Translations under genes and position numbers: made by a program
In this document: one piece after another, positions 1-9,261 of the stretch
How the letters are laid out: each line of letters starts with the position of its first letter
Position numbering within the stretch: position 1 is the stretch's first letter
NCBI GenBank assembly: GCA_024638475.1
Contig: JAHEKG010000001.1
Coordinates: 4,504 to 68,503 of the forward strand
Direction: 5' to 3'
Length of the DNA stretch: 64,000 nt
Origin: Rhodospirillales bacterium
GTDB taxonomy: Bacteria > Pseudomonadota > Gammaproteobacteria > Steroidobacterales > JAHEKG01
The notes under the pieces: generated by a model
Seen by the model: only the letters and a program-made list of their open reading frames with translations
The model's database searches: none
What the model was told of the DNA's origin: nothing

Positions 1-3000
1 CGCAAAGCGAGCGTGCGCGTATGGTCAAGCGGCCGCCGCACATTCTCGTGACGACGCCCGAGTCGCTGTATATCTTGCTGACCTCGGACTCCGGACGCGC
101 CATGCTATCGACGGTTCGTACAGTGATCGTGGACGAGGTGCATGCGGTGGCAGGCAACAAGCGCGGTTCGCATTTGACTTTGTCACTGGAACGGCTCGAG
201 GCCCTGTGTCCCAGTTCGCCGGTGCGGGTAGGCATTTCCGCAACGCAAAAGCCGCTGAGTCGCATGGCGCAGTTTCTGCTTGGGCAACGCGATGTAGCTT
301 GTACCATTGTCGACACCGGCCACGTGCGCCAGCGTGACCTTCAGCTCGCATTGACTTCCTCGCCCCTCGAACCGGTCATGGCCAACGAGGTCTGGGGCGA
401 GGTTTACGATAAGCTTGCCGAGCTTGCCGCCGAATACCGGACAACCTTGGTGTTCGTGAATACGCGCCGGTTAGCCGAACGGGCCGCGCGCCATTTAGCC
501 GAGCGTTTGGGTGAAGATAACGTGACTTCTCATCACGGGAGTCTCGCCAAAGAGCATCGTTTGCGCGCGGAGCAGCGCCTCAAGGCCGGCGAGCTCAAGG
601 TCCTCGTTGCGACGGCCTCCCTCGAGCTCGGCATCGACATCGGCGACGTTGACCTGGTCTGTCAACTGGGTTCGCCCCGCGGCATAGCCACATTGCTGCA
701 GCGGGTGGGTCGGTCCGGGCATGGTGTGGATAGCCTGCCTCGGGGGCGGCTATTCCCGCTGTCTCGGGACGATTTAGTGGAATGCACGGCCTTGTTGGAT
801 GCGGTGCGGCGCGAAGAACTGGATCAAGTCGTCATACCCCGTGCTCCCAAGGACGTGTTGGCACAGCAAATCGTTGCCGAGGTTTCGGCGAGCGATCGGG
901 ACATCGGCCAGCTCTACGAATGTTTCACCCGCGCCTACCCGTATCGTGATTTGCAGCGAGCGGAGTTCGATGCGGTGACCGCCATGCTGGCCAAGGGCTT
1001 CGCCACCCAGCGGGGCCGGCGCGGTGCGTACCTGCATTTGGATGCGGTTAACGGACAGCTCAAAGCCCGGCGCGGCGCGCGCATCACCGCCGTCACCAAT
1101 GGCGGTGCTATCCCGGATCAATTCGACTACGAAGTCGTGTTGCTGCCGGAGGAGCTGCCGGTGGGCAGCCTCAACGAGGACTTCGCTTTCGAAAGTCTGC
1201 CCGGCGATATTTTCCAGTTGGGTAACACTTCCTATCGGATCGTCAAGGTTGATCCAGGCAAGGTATTCGTTGAGGACGCCAAGGGTCAGCCACCGAATAT
1301 CCCGTTTTGGTTCGGCGAAGCGCCGGGACGCAGCGACGAGTTGTCCTTCGCCGTCTCGCGGTTGCGCGCCGAAGTCGATGCGCAGCTCGCGGAGCTGGGC
1401 GCCGAAGGCACCGCCGCTTGGCTCATGGAAACCCTCGGCTTAGAAGGTTCGGCGGCAACTCAGCTGGTCGACTATCTGGGTGCGGCCCGGGCCGCCCTGG
1501 ATGGGTTGCCTACGCAAACTCGCGTGGTCTTGGAACGCTTCTTCGACGAAAGCGGTGATACGCATTTGGTGATTCACTCGCCGTTCGGTTCACGCTTGAA
1601 TCGGGCTTGGGGTTTGGCATTACGCAAGAAATTCTGCCGTCGCTTCAACTTCGAGCTGCAGGCCGCGGCTCTGGAAGACACCATCGTGCTGTCCCTCGGC
1701 CCCACGCATAGTTTCGTTCTCGATGAGGTAGTGGGCTACCTCAACAGTAAGACCGTGAAAGAAACCCTGGTGCAGGCGCTCCTCGGTGCGCCCGTGTTCC
1801 CCACGCATTGGCGGTTTAACGCCAGCATCGCCTTGGCGATCAAGCGTTTTCACAACGGCAGGCGCACGCCGCCGGTGTTTCAGCGCAACGATGCAGAGGA
1901 TCTACTGGCCGTGGTATTTCCGGATCAGTTGGCCTGTGCCGAAAACCTTACCGGTCAAAGGGAAGTGCCCGATCATCCGCTGGTCGAGCAGACCATCACC
2001 GACTGCATGACCCAAGTGATGGACATCGACGGGCTTAGCAGGGTCCTCGAAAGCATCGAGCTGCGGCGGATTCGCGTCGATTGCCGGGAACTCACGACGC
2101 CGTCGCCCCTGGCTCAGGAAGTATTGGCGGCCCGGCCGTACGCGTTCTTGGACGACGCGCCCGCCGAGGAGCGCCGCACGCTGGCCGTGCAGGGCCGTCG
2201 CTACATGAGCATCGCAGAGGCCGGGGAGATCGGCAGCCTGGATCCCAAGGCGATTGCAAGAGTGGTCGAGGAGGCCTGGCCGGATCCTCGCGATGTCGAC
2301 GAACTCCACGACGGCCTGGTCGTGGTGGGTTTCGTGACCGCCGAAGAGGCGGAACGCAGCGGCTGGCTTGCGGAGCTACAGTCCCTCAATGGGGCTGGCC
2401 GGGCCACCATATTCAACCACGGGGAAGGGTCGCTGTGGGTGAGTGCGGAGCGCTTGCCCGAACTGCAGTTGGCGTGCCCAAGCGGTGCAGCAATAACGCC
2501 GTTGAAGGCCTTCGATCCGCCGGTGGACCGCGAGACGGCCATCCTCGAGTTAATGCGCAGCCGCCTCGAGGGTTTGGGGCCCGTCACGGCAAGCGAGTTG
2601 GCCGCGCCGCTTGCCTTGTCCGCGAGTGAAAGGAATTTCGCCCTCGCGGCCCTCGAGAGCGAAGGCTTCGCGATGCAGGGCAACTATCGCCGCAGCGATG
2701 CCATCGAGTGGTGTGACCGCCGTCTGCTGGCGCGTATCCATCGTTACACGCTGAAGACCTTGCGGGAATCAATCGAGCCGGTACCGGTGGCCGTCTACTG
2801 GCGGTTTCTCAAGAATTGGCAGGGCGTCGGCGGCGACGGCCGTGAAGGGACAGAAAGCCTGTTTCAAGTCATCGATGAGTTGCAGGGGCTGCCCTTGGCT
2901 GCCGCGGCTTGGGAGCGGGACATCTTGCCGGCGCGACTAAAACGCTATCAGTCACATTGGCTCGATGAACTTTGCGCCAGCGGCCGGGTGGTCTGGCAGC

Positions 3001-3911
3001 GGCCTTGGTTAAATACCGCCCAAGCCAAGGGCCGCCAAGGCCCGGTGGCCGGCACACCGGTAGCGTTGTTTCCACGCTCGGATCTGAGCCATTGGCAGGC
3101 GCTCTGGGGTGCCCCGGCGCGGCCCGAACTGTCCGCCACGGCGGCCAAAGTACAGGTGGTCTTGGAAGAGGGCGGGGCGTTGTTCTTTTTGGATATCGTC
3201 CAGCGCACCGGGGCGTTGCGGGTACGGGTGGAAGAGGCGCTCGGCGAGTTGGTCAGCCATGGGCTGGTGACGGCCGATGGTTTGACGGGATTACGGGCCT
3301 TGCTGACCCCGGCGAGCCAGCGTCCCAGGTTTCATAATCGCCGCCGCCGGCGGCGGCGCGGGGGGCCGGGATTGGATGCCGCGGGCCGCTGGTCGCTAAC
3401 GGCACCCTCAACGGACGAGGCGGCGGCCCGGGAGGAGGCGGTGGAGAACCTCGCTTGGATGCTGTTGCGGCGCTACGGGGTGGTCGTCCGCCGGGTCTTA
3501 GACCGGGAACAGGGTTTGCCGAGCTGGCGCGAGTTGTTGCGAGTGTTTCGCCGCCTCGAGGCGCGGGGAGAAATTCGTGGCGGCCGATTCGTTTCCAGTC
3601 TGAGCGGCGAGCAATTCGCCCTTCCGGAGGCGGTCGCCGAACTCCGCAAGACCAAGAACCTCCCCAAACACGGCGAAATTACCGTGCTCTCGGCGGCGGA
3701 CCCTCTGAATCTCGTCGGTATTCTCAGTTCGGGACCCCGTGTGCCGACGGTGTCGTCCCATAGGCTGGTGTTGCTCGACGGTATTCCCGTCGCCTTCCAG
3801 GGCGCGGGAGATTTGCAGTGGTTGAGCACCCTGTCGGGCGAAGACCAGTGGCGAATCCAGCGTCGTTTGCAAACCGCTAGAGCACCGGCGGTACGCCCGG
3901 CAATCTCTTGA
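1..3911 (+). CDS. lhr: ATP-dependent DEAD/DEAH-box helicase, Lhr family (5' end lies outside the window)
   Basis: The reading frame is open from nt 3 to the window edge, with no stop before the track's Met at 21. Helicase motifs are present: 'TTPESL', 'DEVH' (motif II), 'VATASLELGIDIG' and 'QRVGRSGH' (motif VI). A >900 aa Lhr-type C-terminal extension follows. No Walker A motif is present, so the N-terminus must be upstream of the window. Confidence 0.9.
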   Translation, partial: QSERARMVKRPPHILVTTPESLYILLTSDSGRAMLSTVRTVIVDEVHAVAGNKRGSHLTLSLERLEALCPSSPVRVGISATQKPLSRMAQFLLGQRDVACTIVDTGHVRQRDLQLALTSSPLEPVMANEVWGEVYDKLAELAAEYRTTLVFVNTRRLAERAARHLAERLGEDNVTSHHGSLAKEHRLRAEQRLKAGELKVLVATASLELGIDIGDVDLVCQLGSPRGIATLLQRVGRSGHGVDSLPRGRLFPLSRDDLVECTALLDAVRREELDQVVIPRAPKDVLAQQIVAEVSASDRDIGQLYECFTRAYPYRDLQRAEFDAVTAMLAKGFATQRGRRGAYLHLDAVNGQLKARRGARITAVTNGGAIPDQFDYEVVLLPEELPVGSLNEDFAFESLPGDIFQLGNTSYRIVKVDPGKVFVEDAKGQPPNIPFWFGEAPGRSDELSFAVSRLRAEVDAQLAELGAEGTAAWLMETLGLEGSAATQLVDYLGAARAALDGLPTQTRVVLERFFDESGDTHLVIHSPFGSRLNRAWGLALRKKFCRRFNFELQAAALEDTIVLSLGPTHSFVLDEVVGYLNSKTVKETLVQALLGAPVFPTHWRFNASIALAIKRFHNGRRTPPVFQRNDAEDLLAVVFPDQLACAENLTGQREVPDHPLVEQTITDCMTQVMDIDGLSRVLESIELRRIRVDCRELTTPSPLAQEVLAARPYAFLDDAPAEERRTLAVQGRRYMSIAEAGEIGSLDPKAIARVVEEAWPDPRDVDELHDGLVVVGFVTAEEAERSGWLAELQSLNGAGRATIFNHGEGSLWVSAERLPELQLACPSGAAITPLKAFDPPVDRETAILELMRSRLEGLGPVTASELAAPLALSASERNFALAALESEGFAMQGNYRRSDAIEWCDRRLLARIHRYTLKTLRESIEPVPVAVYWRFLKNWQGVGGDGREGTESLFQVIDELQGLPLAAAAWERDILPARLKRYQSHWLDELCASGRVVWQRPWLNTAQAKGRQGPVAGTPVALFPRSDLSHWQALWGAPARPELSATAAKVQVVLEEGGALFFLDIVQRTGALRVRVEEALGELVSHGLVTADGLTGLRALLTPASQRPRFHNRRRRRRRGGPGLDAAGRWSLTAPSTDEAAAREEAVENLAWMLLRRYGVVVRRVLDREQGLPSWRELLRVFRRLEARGEIRGGRFVSSLSGEQFALPEAVAELRKTKNLPKHGEITVLSAADPLNLVGILSSGPRVPTVSSHRLVLLDGIPVAFQGAGDLQWLSTLSGEDQWRIQRRLQTARAPAVRPAIS
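3339..3358 (+). repeat. 20 bp perfect palindrome made of arginine codons (CGC)3(CGG)3CG inside lhr
   Basis: CGCCGCCGCCGGCGGCGGCG equals its own reverse complement. It is in frame and encodes most of the 'RRRRRRR' tract. Confidence 0.9.
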
Positions 3912-3923
3912 AGGAATGTAGTG

Positions 3924-4766
3924 ATGTTTGAACACGATTCATTGCGCGATCGGGTCGTCATAGTGACAGGCGGCGGCCGCGGTTTTGGTTGGCTGATCGG
4001 CCGTGCGCTATTGGCGCAGGGCGCCAAAGTCGTCCTCACGGCCACCCGTCACCCGGATGAGCTGCAGGCCCGGCTCCGAGAAGCGACGGGCCTGGGTGTG
4101 GCAGATCGCTGCCTGACCGTGGTGGGTGACGTTTGTGATCCGGACAGTTGCCAGCAAGTCGCCGCAGCCACCATGGAACGCTTTGGCCGAATCGATGTGC
4201 TCATGAACAACGCCGGCCGGGGCACGGGTGAATATCGTATGTCGATGGCTGAGCCCGTACCCTTTTATGAGATTCCGCTGGAGGGTTGGCAGACCATCAT
4301 CAATACAAACGTCAACGGTACGTTTTATATGACCCGCGCCGCGATTCCGCATATGTTGGAGCAGCGCTTCGGCAAGATTGTGAACTTTTCGACCAGCCTA
4401 AACACGATGGTGGGGCGCGGCCTGTCGGCTTACGGAGCGTCGAAAGCGGGTATCGAGACGGCCACCGTCGTCTGGGCTAAGGAATTGGCCGATACCGGGG
4501 TGGACGTCAATGTGTTGCTACCCGGCGGCGCTTCCGATACCGATTTCATTACCCAAAGCATGGTACCCGGCAAGGTCGGCGAACGAGGGGGAGCGCTGCT
4601 GCCGGCGAACGTGATCGTGCCGCCGGCGCTTTGGCTCGCAAGCGACCTGTCCAACGGCATATCCGGGCGGCGGCTTATCGGTAAGTTCTGGGATCACGAC
4701 AAGCCTTTGGCCGAATCCATTGCTGCCTGCATGGAAGCGGCGCACGATACGCCGCGGATCATGTAG
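3924..4766 (+). CDS. SDR-family NAD(P)-dependent oxidoreductase
   Basis: Carries the 'VTGGGRGFG' dinucleotide-binding motif, 'NNAG', and the 'YGASKAG' (YxxxK) catalytic motif. The track starts at GTG 3921, but ATG 3924 sits 8 nt after an AAGGA ribosome-binding site. Confidence 0.85.
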   Translation: MFEHDSLRDRVVIVTGGGRGFGWLIGRALLAQGAKVVLTATRHPDELQARLREATGLGVADRCLTVVGDVCDPDSCQQVAAATMERFGRIDVLMNNAGRGTGEYRMSMAEPVPFYEIPLEGWQTIINTNVNGTFYMTRAAIPHMLEQRFGKIVNFSTSLNTMVGRGLSAYGASKAGIETATVVWAKELADTGVDVNVLLPGGASDTDFITQSMVPGKVGERGGALLPANVIVPPALWLASDLSNGISGRRLIGKFWDHDKPLAESIAACMEAAHDTPRIM

Positions 4767-4781
4767 CGACGCGGCTTGCGA

Positions 4782-5759
4782 TCAACGCCGTGGTCTCACT
4801 TGAGACGCGTTGGCAGTTGGCGACCCGCCGCCCAGCCAAGCCTTGGCATCAATAAGCGCTTCAACCGCTGCTTGCGGCGCTTCCTCGTGGACGTAGTGAC
4901 CCACGTTGTCGATAACGATCAACCGGCTGTTTGGAATCCGACGGTGCAGGTCCTCCGATTCGGCAAGCGGCTTATTACGATCGGCCGCGCCCCATATGAT
5001 CAAAGTAGGCTTGGTAAGTTGGCCGAGCAGGGGTAATTCCGCACCTTCCTCGTATTGGGCCATGAGGACACTCGTGCCGTGGAGGTAGCCCTGCATGCGG
5101 GTGCCTGCCATCACGTCGTCCATCACTTGCTCCGTGATAATAGTCGGGTCGACATAGGAGGTTTTCAGGAACTGCTCCCGAAAACGTCGGTTGCCGAACT
5201 GTCGCGCCGCTAACCGCGGCAACGGAAAAAACAGATGCTGGGTTGCACTGGGAACGCCGGTGGAAAGGATGCCCGGGTTAAACAGCAAAACCCCCGTAAC
5301 ACGGCGCGATGCCAGCGCGGTGTGCACCACGACCGCGCCACCCAGCGAATGGCCTCCGGCCACGACATCCGTCAATGCCAGCTGCTCAATGAAGTCGGCG
5401 ACGAATCGGCCTTGTGCGGGGTTGCGGTAGTCGAACTCTGCTGGTTTGTCCGAGAGCCCGTAGCCGGGCATGTCCAGCGTAATGACATGAAACCGCTTTG
5501 CGGCAGCGGGCGCGAAGTGCCGCCAGGTCTGCAACGAGTTGGCAAAGCCGTGCAACAGGACCAGCGGCTGGGAGGCGGGATCGCCATAGCGCCGGTAACG
5601 GACGCTAATCCCGTGCACGCTGGTGAACTGGTCTCCGGCCCGTACGAGTTCGCTACGCGGCACTTCCTCGTAGGGCAGGTAGGCGACGATCACGAGCCCG
5701 AGGTACGCCAGCAATGACAGCGTCAAGAAACCGGCAAGTGCGCGGCGGAGCCATCTCAT
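4782..5759 (-). CDS. alpha/beta-fold hydrolase with N-terminal membrane anchor
   Basis: Has a hydrophobic N-terminus, the 'LLHGFANS' oxyanion HG motif, the 'GHSLGG' nucleophile elbow and a C-terminal 'VGHYVHEE' His region. Confidence 0.85.
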   Translation of the reverse strand: MRWLRRALAGFLTLSLLAYLGLVIVAYLPYEEVPRSELVRAGDQFTSVHGISVRYRRYGDPASQPLVLLHGFANSLQTWRHFAPAAAKRFHVITLDMPGYGLSDKPAEFDYRNPAQGRFVADFIEQLALTDVVAGGHSLGGAVVVHTALASRRVTGVLLFNPGILSTGVPSATQHLFFPLPRLAARQFGNRRFREQFLKTSYVDPTIITEQVMDDVMAGTRMQGYLHGTSVLMAQYEEGAELPLLGQLTKPTLIIWGAADRNKPLAESEDLHRRIPNSRLIVIDNVGHYVHEEAPQAAVEALIDAKAWLGGGSPTANASQVRPRR

Positions 5760-5765
5760 GATCGG

Positions 5766-5972
5766 CTAGTCTCGATTGTCGAGTTCGACGAAACACCAAC
5801 CGACTTCCGGAGCCTCGGACTTGATGCGCGCTTCCAGCGCGTTGATATGGCGAACCAGGTTCGCGACAAAAGCGTAAAGAATGGCTTTGGCGGAAGAGCC
5901 ATGGACGTGTGAATTCATAGAGTATTGGAGGGTTGTCGCTAATCCCGTCCGGAAGCATACAGGAGGACCCAT
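5766..5972 (-). CDS. small hypothetical protein (50-68 aa, start uncertain)
   Basis: This ORF exactly fills the gap between two same-strand genes (6 nt and 24 nt spacers). It has no motif I recognise and no convincing Shine-Dalgarno before either candidate ATG (5972 or 5918). Confidence 0.25.
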   Translation of the reverse strand: MGPPVCFRTGLATTLQYSMNSHVHGSSAKAILYAFVANLVRHINALEARIKSEAPEVGWCFVELDNRD

Positions 5973-5996
5973 GCCGAACCCAGGCTGCCCGAACGG

Positions 5997-7925
5997 CTAG
6001 CGCCAGTCGCCGCGAAGGGCAATCACCGCCTGTTGCAAGCTGGCGGCACTTGCATTGCTCGGCGCCACCGGCTGGCCGGCGATTAGCCCAATGCGGAATA
6101 GAAACCGGCGGGGAATTCTCATCATCGCCGGCCCGTAGCGGCGCGAGAAAAAACTCCCCCATAGTCCGCGCAAAGCCAGCGGCACCACCGGCACCGGATT
6201 GCGAGCGAGAATCCGCTCAACGCCCGGGCGAAAATCGTTCAACTCGCCGTCTCGGGTTATTTGCCCTTCCGGGAATATGCAAACCAACTCACCGTCCTCC
6301 AATGCCGCGGCGATGTCCTCGTAGGCCTTGGCCAATAGTTCAGGATCTTCCTTGCTGCCGGCTATGGGGATGGCTCGCGCCGTACGAAAGACGAAATTGA
6401 GGATGGGAAGCCTGTAGATCTTGTAATACATGACGAATCGCGTCGGCCGCGGGCAGCAGCCACCGATAATCATCGCATCGATAAAGCTCACGTGGTTGCA
6501 GACCAAGAGAGCCGGCCCCTCCTCCGGAATGTTCTCCAGACCAGTCTTCTCGATCCGATATAACAGGTGGATCAGAATCCACGTGATAAATCGCATTGTA
6601 AATTCTGGGACCAGCGAAAAAATGTAGATCGCCACCGCGGCATTCATCAGTGCGAGGCTTAGAAACAGTTGATCAATGGACAATCCCTTACCCAGAGCGA
6701 CGATGGCGAACAACGAGCCGGCCACCATGAACAGGGCATTGAGGATGTTGTTGCCGGCAATCACCCGCGATCGATGGGATGCTTCCGAACGCTGCTGAAT
6801 CAACGCATACAGCGGCACAATGTAGAAGCCGCCGAACACTCCGACTAACAGGATATCGGTGAGCAGGCGTACGGCCCCGGGTTGCTGCAAGAATTCACCG
6901 ACGTCGAATAATGTCGCCCCGGCTATGGTAGGTGCGTAGTACAGGTCAACCCCAAACACCGTCAGGCCAATGGAACCGAGCGGTACTAGGCCAAGCTCAA
7001 TCTTGTGGCCGGATAGTTTCTCGCACAGCAACGAACCGAGACCGATACCCAATGAGAACAAGACGAGCAGCAGCGTAACCACTTGCGCGTTAGCGCCGAG
7101 GATGTCTTTCGTGTAAAGCGGTAATTGCGCCAGATACAAGGCGCCCAGCAGCCAGAACCACGAGATCCCGAGGATCGACAGAAACACCGTGCGGTTACCG
7201 CGCAAGAACTTGAAGATGCGCCAAGTCTCGGTGAACGGGTTCAACTTGATCTTCAAGTCCGGCGCGGTGGGAACGGTGGCCGGCACGTAAAAGCTGCTGA
7301 CCAGCCCGACGATGGCGATCGCCACCACGGTCCCCGCAACCCAACCGGCGCCTTTGTCTGTCGCGATCAGCAGGCCACCCGTAAGCGTGCCTAAGAGGAT
7401 GGCGAGAAACGTGCCGCTCTCGACGAGTCCGTTGCCACCAACTAACTCTCGATCTGTCAATTGATGCGGCAGGATGCTGTACTTGACGGGGCCGAATAGT
7501 GCCGACTGGACACCCATCAAGAACAAGAGGGCGATGAGTAGGCTCAAACTGTCGAGCATGAAGGCAACGGCGGCCGCCAGCATGATCACGACTTCACAAG
7601 CCTTGGTAACGCGTATCAAGCGCGCCTTATCGAGCTTGTCCGCCAATTGGCCGAAGGTGGCCGAAAACAAGAAGAAGGGCAGGATAAACAGACCGGCGGC
7701 CAGGTTGGTCAAGGTCTCCGGCGAGACACCTTGGCTGGCCTGAAACGCGATCAATACGATCAGAGCATTCTTAAAGACGTTGTCATTGAAGGCGCCCAGA
7801 AATTGGGTCCAAAAAAATGGCCCAAACCGACGTTGCAGTAGTAACTTGAACTGTGACTCGGCCGCCATGCGCTTAGCTAACGGCCGCCGTGCTGTTTGCT
7901 CATCCCGCGACCCTATCCTACTCAA
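5997..7925 (-). CDS. MFS lysophospholipid-transporter (LplT-like) domain fused to a PlsC-type acyltransferase domain
   Basis: About 430 aa of a 12-TM MFS-like region ('FFWTQFLGAFNDNVFKNAL') are followed by an acyltransferase HX4D motif ('NHVSFID') and 'IFPEGQITRDG'. The track start is TTG 7925; an alternative ATG lies at 7868. Confidence 0.85.
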   Translation of the reverse strand: MSRIGSRDEQTARRPLAKRMAAESQFKLLLQRRFGPFFWTQFLGAFNDNVFKNALIVLIAFQASQGVSPETLTNLAAGLFILPFFLFSATFGQLADKLDKARLIRVTKACEVVIMLAAAVAFMLDSLSLLIALLFLMGVQSALFGPVKYSILPHQLTDRELVGGNGLVESGTFLAILLGTLTGGLLIATDKGAGWVAGTVVAIAIVGLVSSFYVPATVPTAPDLKIKLNPFTETWRIFKFLRGNRTVFLSILGISWFWLLGALYLAQLPLYTKDILGANAQVVTLLLVLFSLGIGLGSLLCEKLSGHKIELGLVPLGSIGLTVFGVDLYYAPTIAGATLFDVGEFLQQPGAVRLLTDILLVGVFGGFYIVPLYALIQQRSEASHRSRVIAGNNILNALFMVAGSLFAIVALGKGLSIDQLFLSLALMNAAVAIYIFSLVPEFTMRFITWILIHLLYRIEKTGLENIPEEGPALLVCNHVSFIDAMIIGGCCPRPTRFVMYYKIYRLPILNFVFRTARAIPIAGSKEDPELLAKAYEDIAAALEDGELVCIFPEGQITRDGELNDFRPGVERILARNPVPVVPLALRGLWGSFFSRRYGPAMMRIPRRFLFRIGLIAGQPVAPSNASAASLQQAVIALRGDWR

Positions 7926-7993
7926 ATGGATCTTGCCAACTATGGAAGCCGCCAGGTATTTTGATGCCTTCGAGTCGCGTTGGGTGGCAAGAC

Positions 7994-8386
7994 ATGAACG
8001 AGCGTCGCCGGATTACTACCGCCAGTCCCTACGAAGAGCTATTCGGTTTCTGCCGCGCGGTGCGGGTGGGCAGCCACATTGCTATTGCCGGTACCGCCCC
8101 CATCGGCCCGGATGGTAAAACGGTCAGCCCCAACGAGGCTGAGCCGCAGGCGCGCCGTTGCTTTGAGATCATCGAAGCCGCGCTCGCCGGTTTTGGCGCT
8201 GGGCTCGGAGACGTTATCAGAACTCGCATGTATCTAACTCATATCGACGACTGGGAGGCGGTTGGTCGTGTCCACGGTGAGTATTTCGGCACCATACAAC
8301 CCGCCAGTACGATGCTGGCGGTGGCGAGGTTAATCGATCCCGAATGGCGGGTGGAGTTCGAAGCCGACGCAATCGTCAGTGAGTGA
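7994..8386 (+). CDS. RidA/YjgF/UK114-family protein
   Basis: The 130 aa product from ATG 7994 has a typical family layout ('FCRAVRVGSHIAIAGTAP...', 'TRMYLT', C-terminal 'VEFEADA'). The track's upstream extension (7889) overlaps the divergent promoter region and is unlikely to be real. Confidence 0.8.
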   Translation: MNERRRITTASPYEELFGFCRAVRVGSHIAIAGTAPIGPDGKTVSPNEAEPQARRCFEIIEAALAGFGAGLGDVIRTRMYLTHIDDWEAVGRVHGEYFGTIQPASTMLAVARLIDPEWRVEFEADAIVSE

Positions 8387-8406
8387 CGCCCACTTAACGG
8401 TTAGCC

Positions 8407-9261
8407 TTAATCGACGCTCTTTAGGAACGCTGCAATCGCGAGCCGATCTTCTGCGCTTAGACGGCTGGTATTGTGATCAATCACCTCGCTCATGGACGCG
8501 CCGGTGAAGTCTCCGTCCGGCAACATGCCGATTTCGAGAAAGAAGGCGATGTCGTCCTCTGTCCATTCGCCGATACCGGCCTCTTCGTCGTTGGTGATGT
8601 TGGGGACGACATCACCTTCCGGGCCGTCTGGGTTGCCCGCTAAGAATGCGTCTGCCCGCGGCGCTCCGAGTCTATTCCGCGGGCTGTGGCATTCACCGCA
8701 GTGGCCGAGGTGTTTCACGAGATAGACGCCCCGGTTGACCGATTCGCTCAGGTTTGGATCGGGCTCGAAAGCACCGGCTTTCAGATACAAGGCGTTCCAA
8801 GCCCCCACCGCCGCGCGCCAGCGCACATACCAGGTGAGTTGGTGGGGCCGATTCGGTTGGCTGACGGGCTCGAGGCTGTCCAAATACGCTTTTAAAGCGA
8901 TGAGGTCGTCGTCGGTCATGCCGGTGTAGGCCGGGTATGGAAACGCCGGATAGTAATTTGCCCCGCCCGGCGAGCGGCCATGGCGGAACGCGGCGATAAA
9001 CTCCCGCTCCGACCAGCCACCGATGCCGGTTTCCACATCGGGGGTGATGTTCGGGGCGAAGAAGCGGCCGAAAGGCGTATCCAAGGCGCGCCCTCCGGAC
9101 AAGGGCGCGGCCTTTTCCTTGCTGGCCTGGTGGCATGAAATGCAGCCACCGGCATGCAGTAAATACTCGCCCCGCGCTACAGCGTCGTCCGCCGCATCGT
9201 CGCCGGCGGCGCCGCCGGCGGTCAGCGCTAACAATAGCGCTAACGCGGCCGCGTGCCGCAT
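8407..9261 (-). CDS. dihaem c-type cytochrome (periplasmic)
   Basis: Has a signal peptide ('MRHAAALALLLALTAGGAAG') and two haem-binding CxxCH motifs ('CISCH', 'CGECH'). Confidence 0.85.
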   Translation of the reverse strand: MRHAAALALLLALTAGGAAGDDAADDAVARGEYLLHAGGCISCHQASKEKAAPLSGGRALDTPFGRFFAPNITPDVETGIGGWSEREFIAAFRHGRSPGGANYYPAFPYPAYTGMTDDDLIALKAYLDSLEPVSQPNRPHQLTWYVRWRAAVGAWNALYLKAGAFEPDPNLSESVNRGVYLVKHLGHCGECHSPRNRLGAPRADAFLAGNPDGPEGDVVPNITNDEEAGIGEWTEDDIAFFLEIGMLPDGDFTGASMSEVIDHNTSRLSAEDRLAIAAFLKSVD

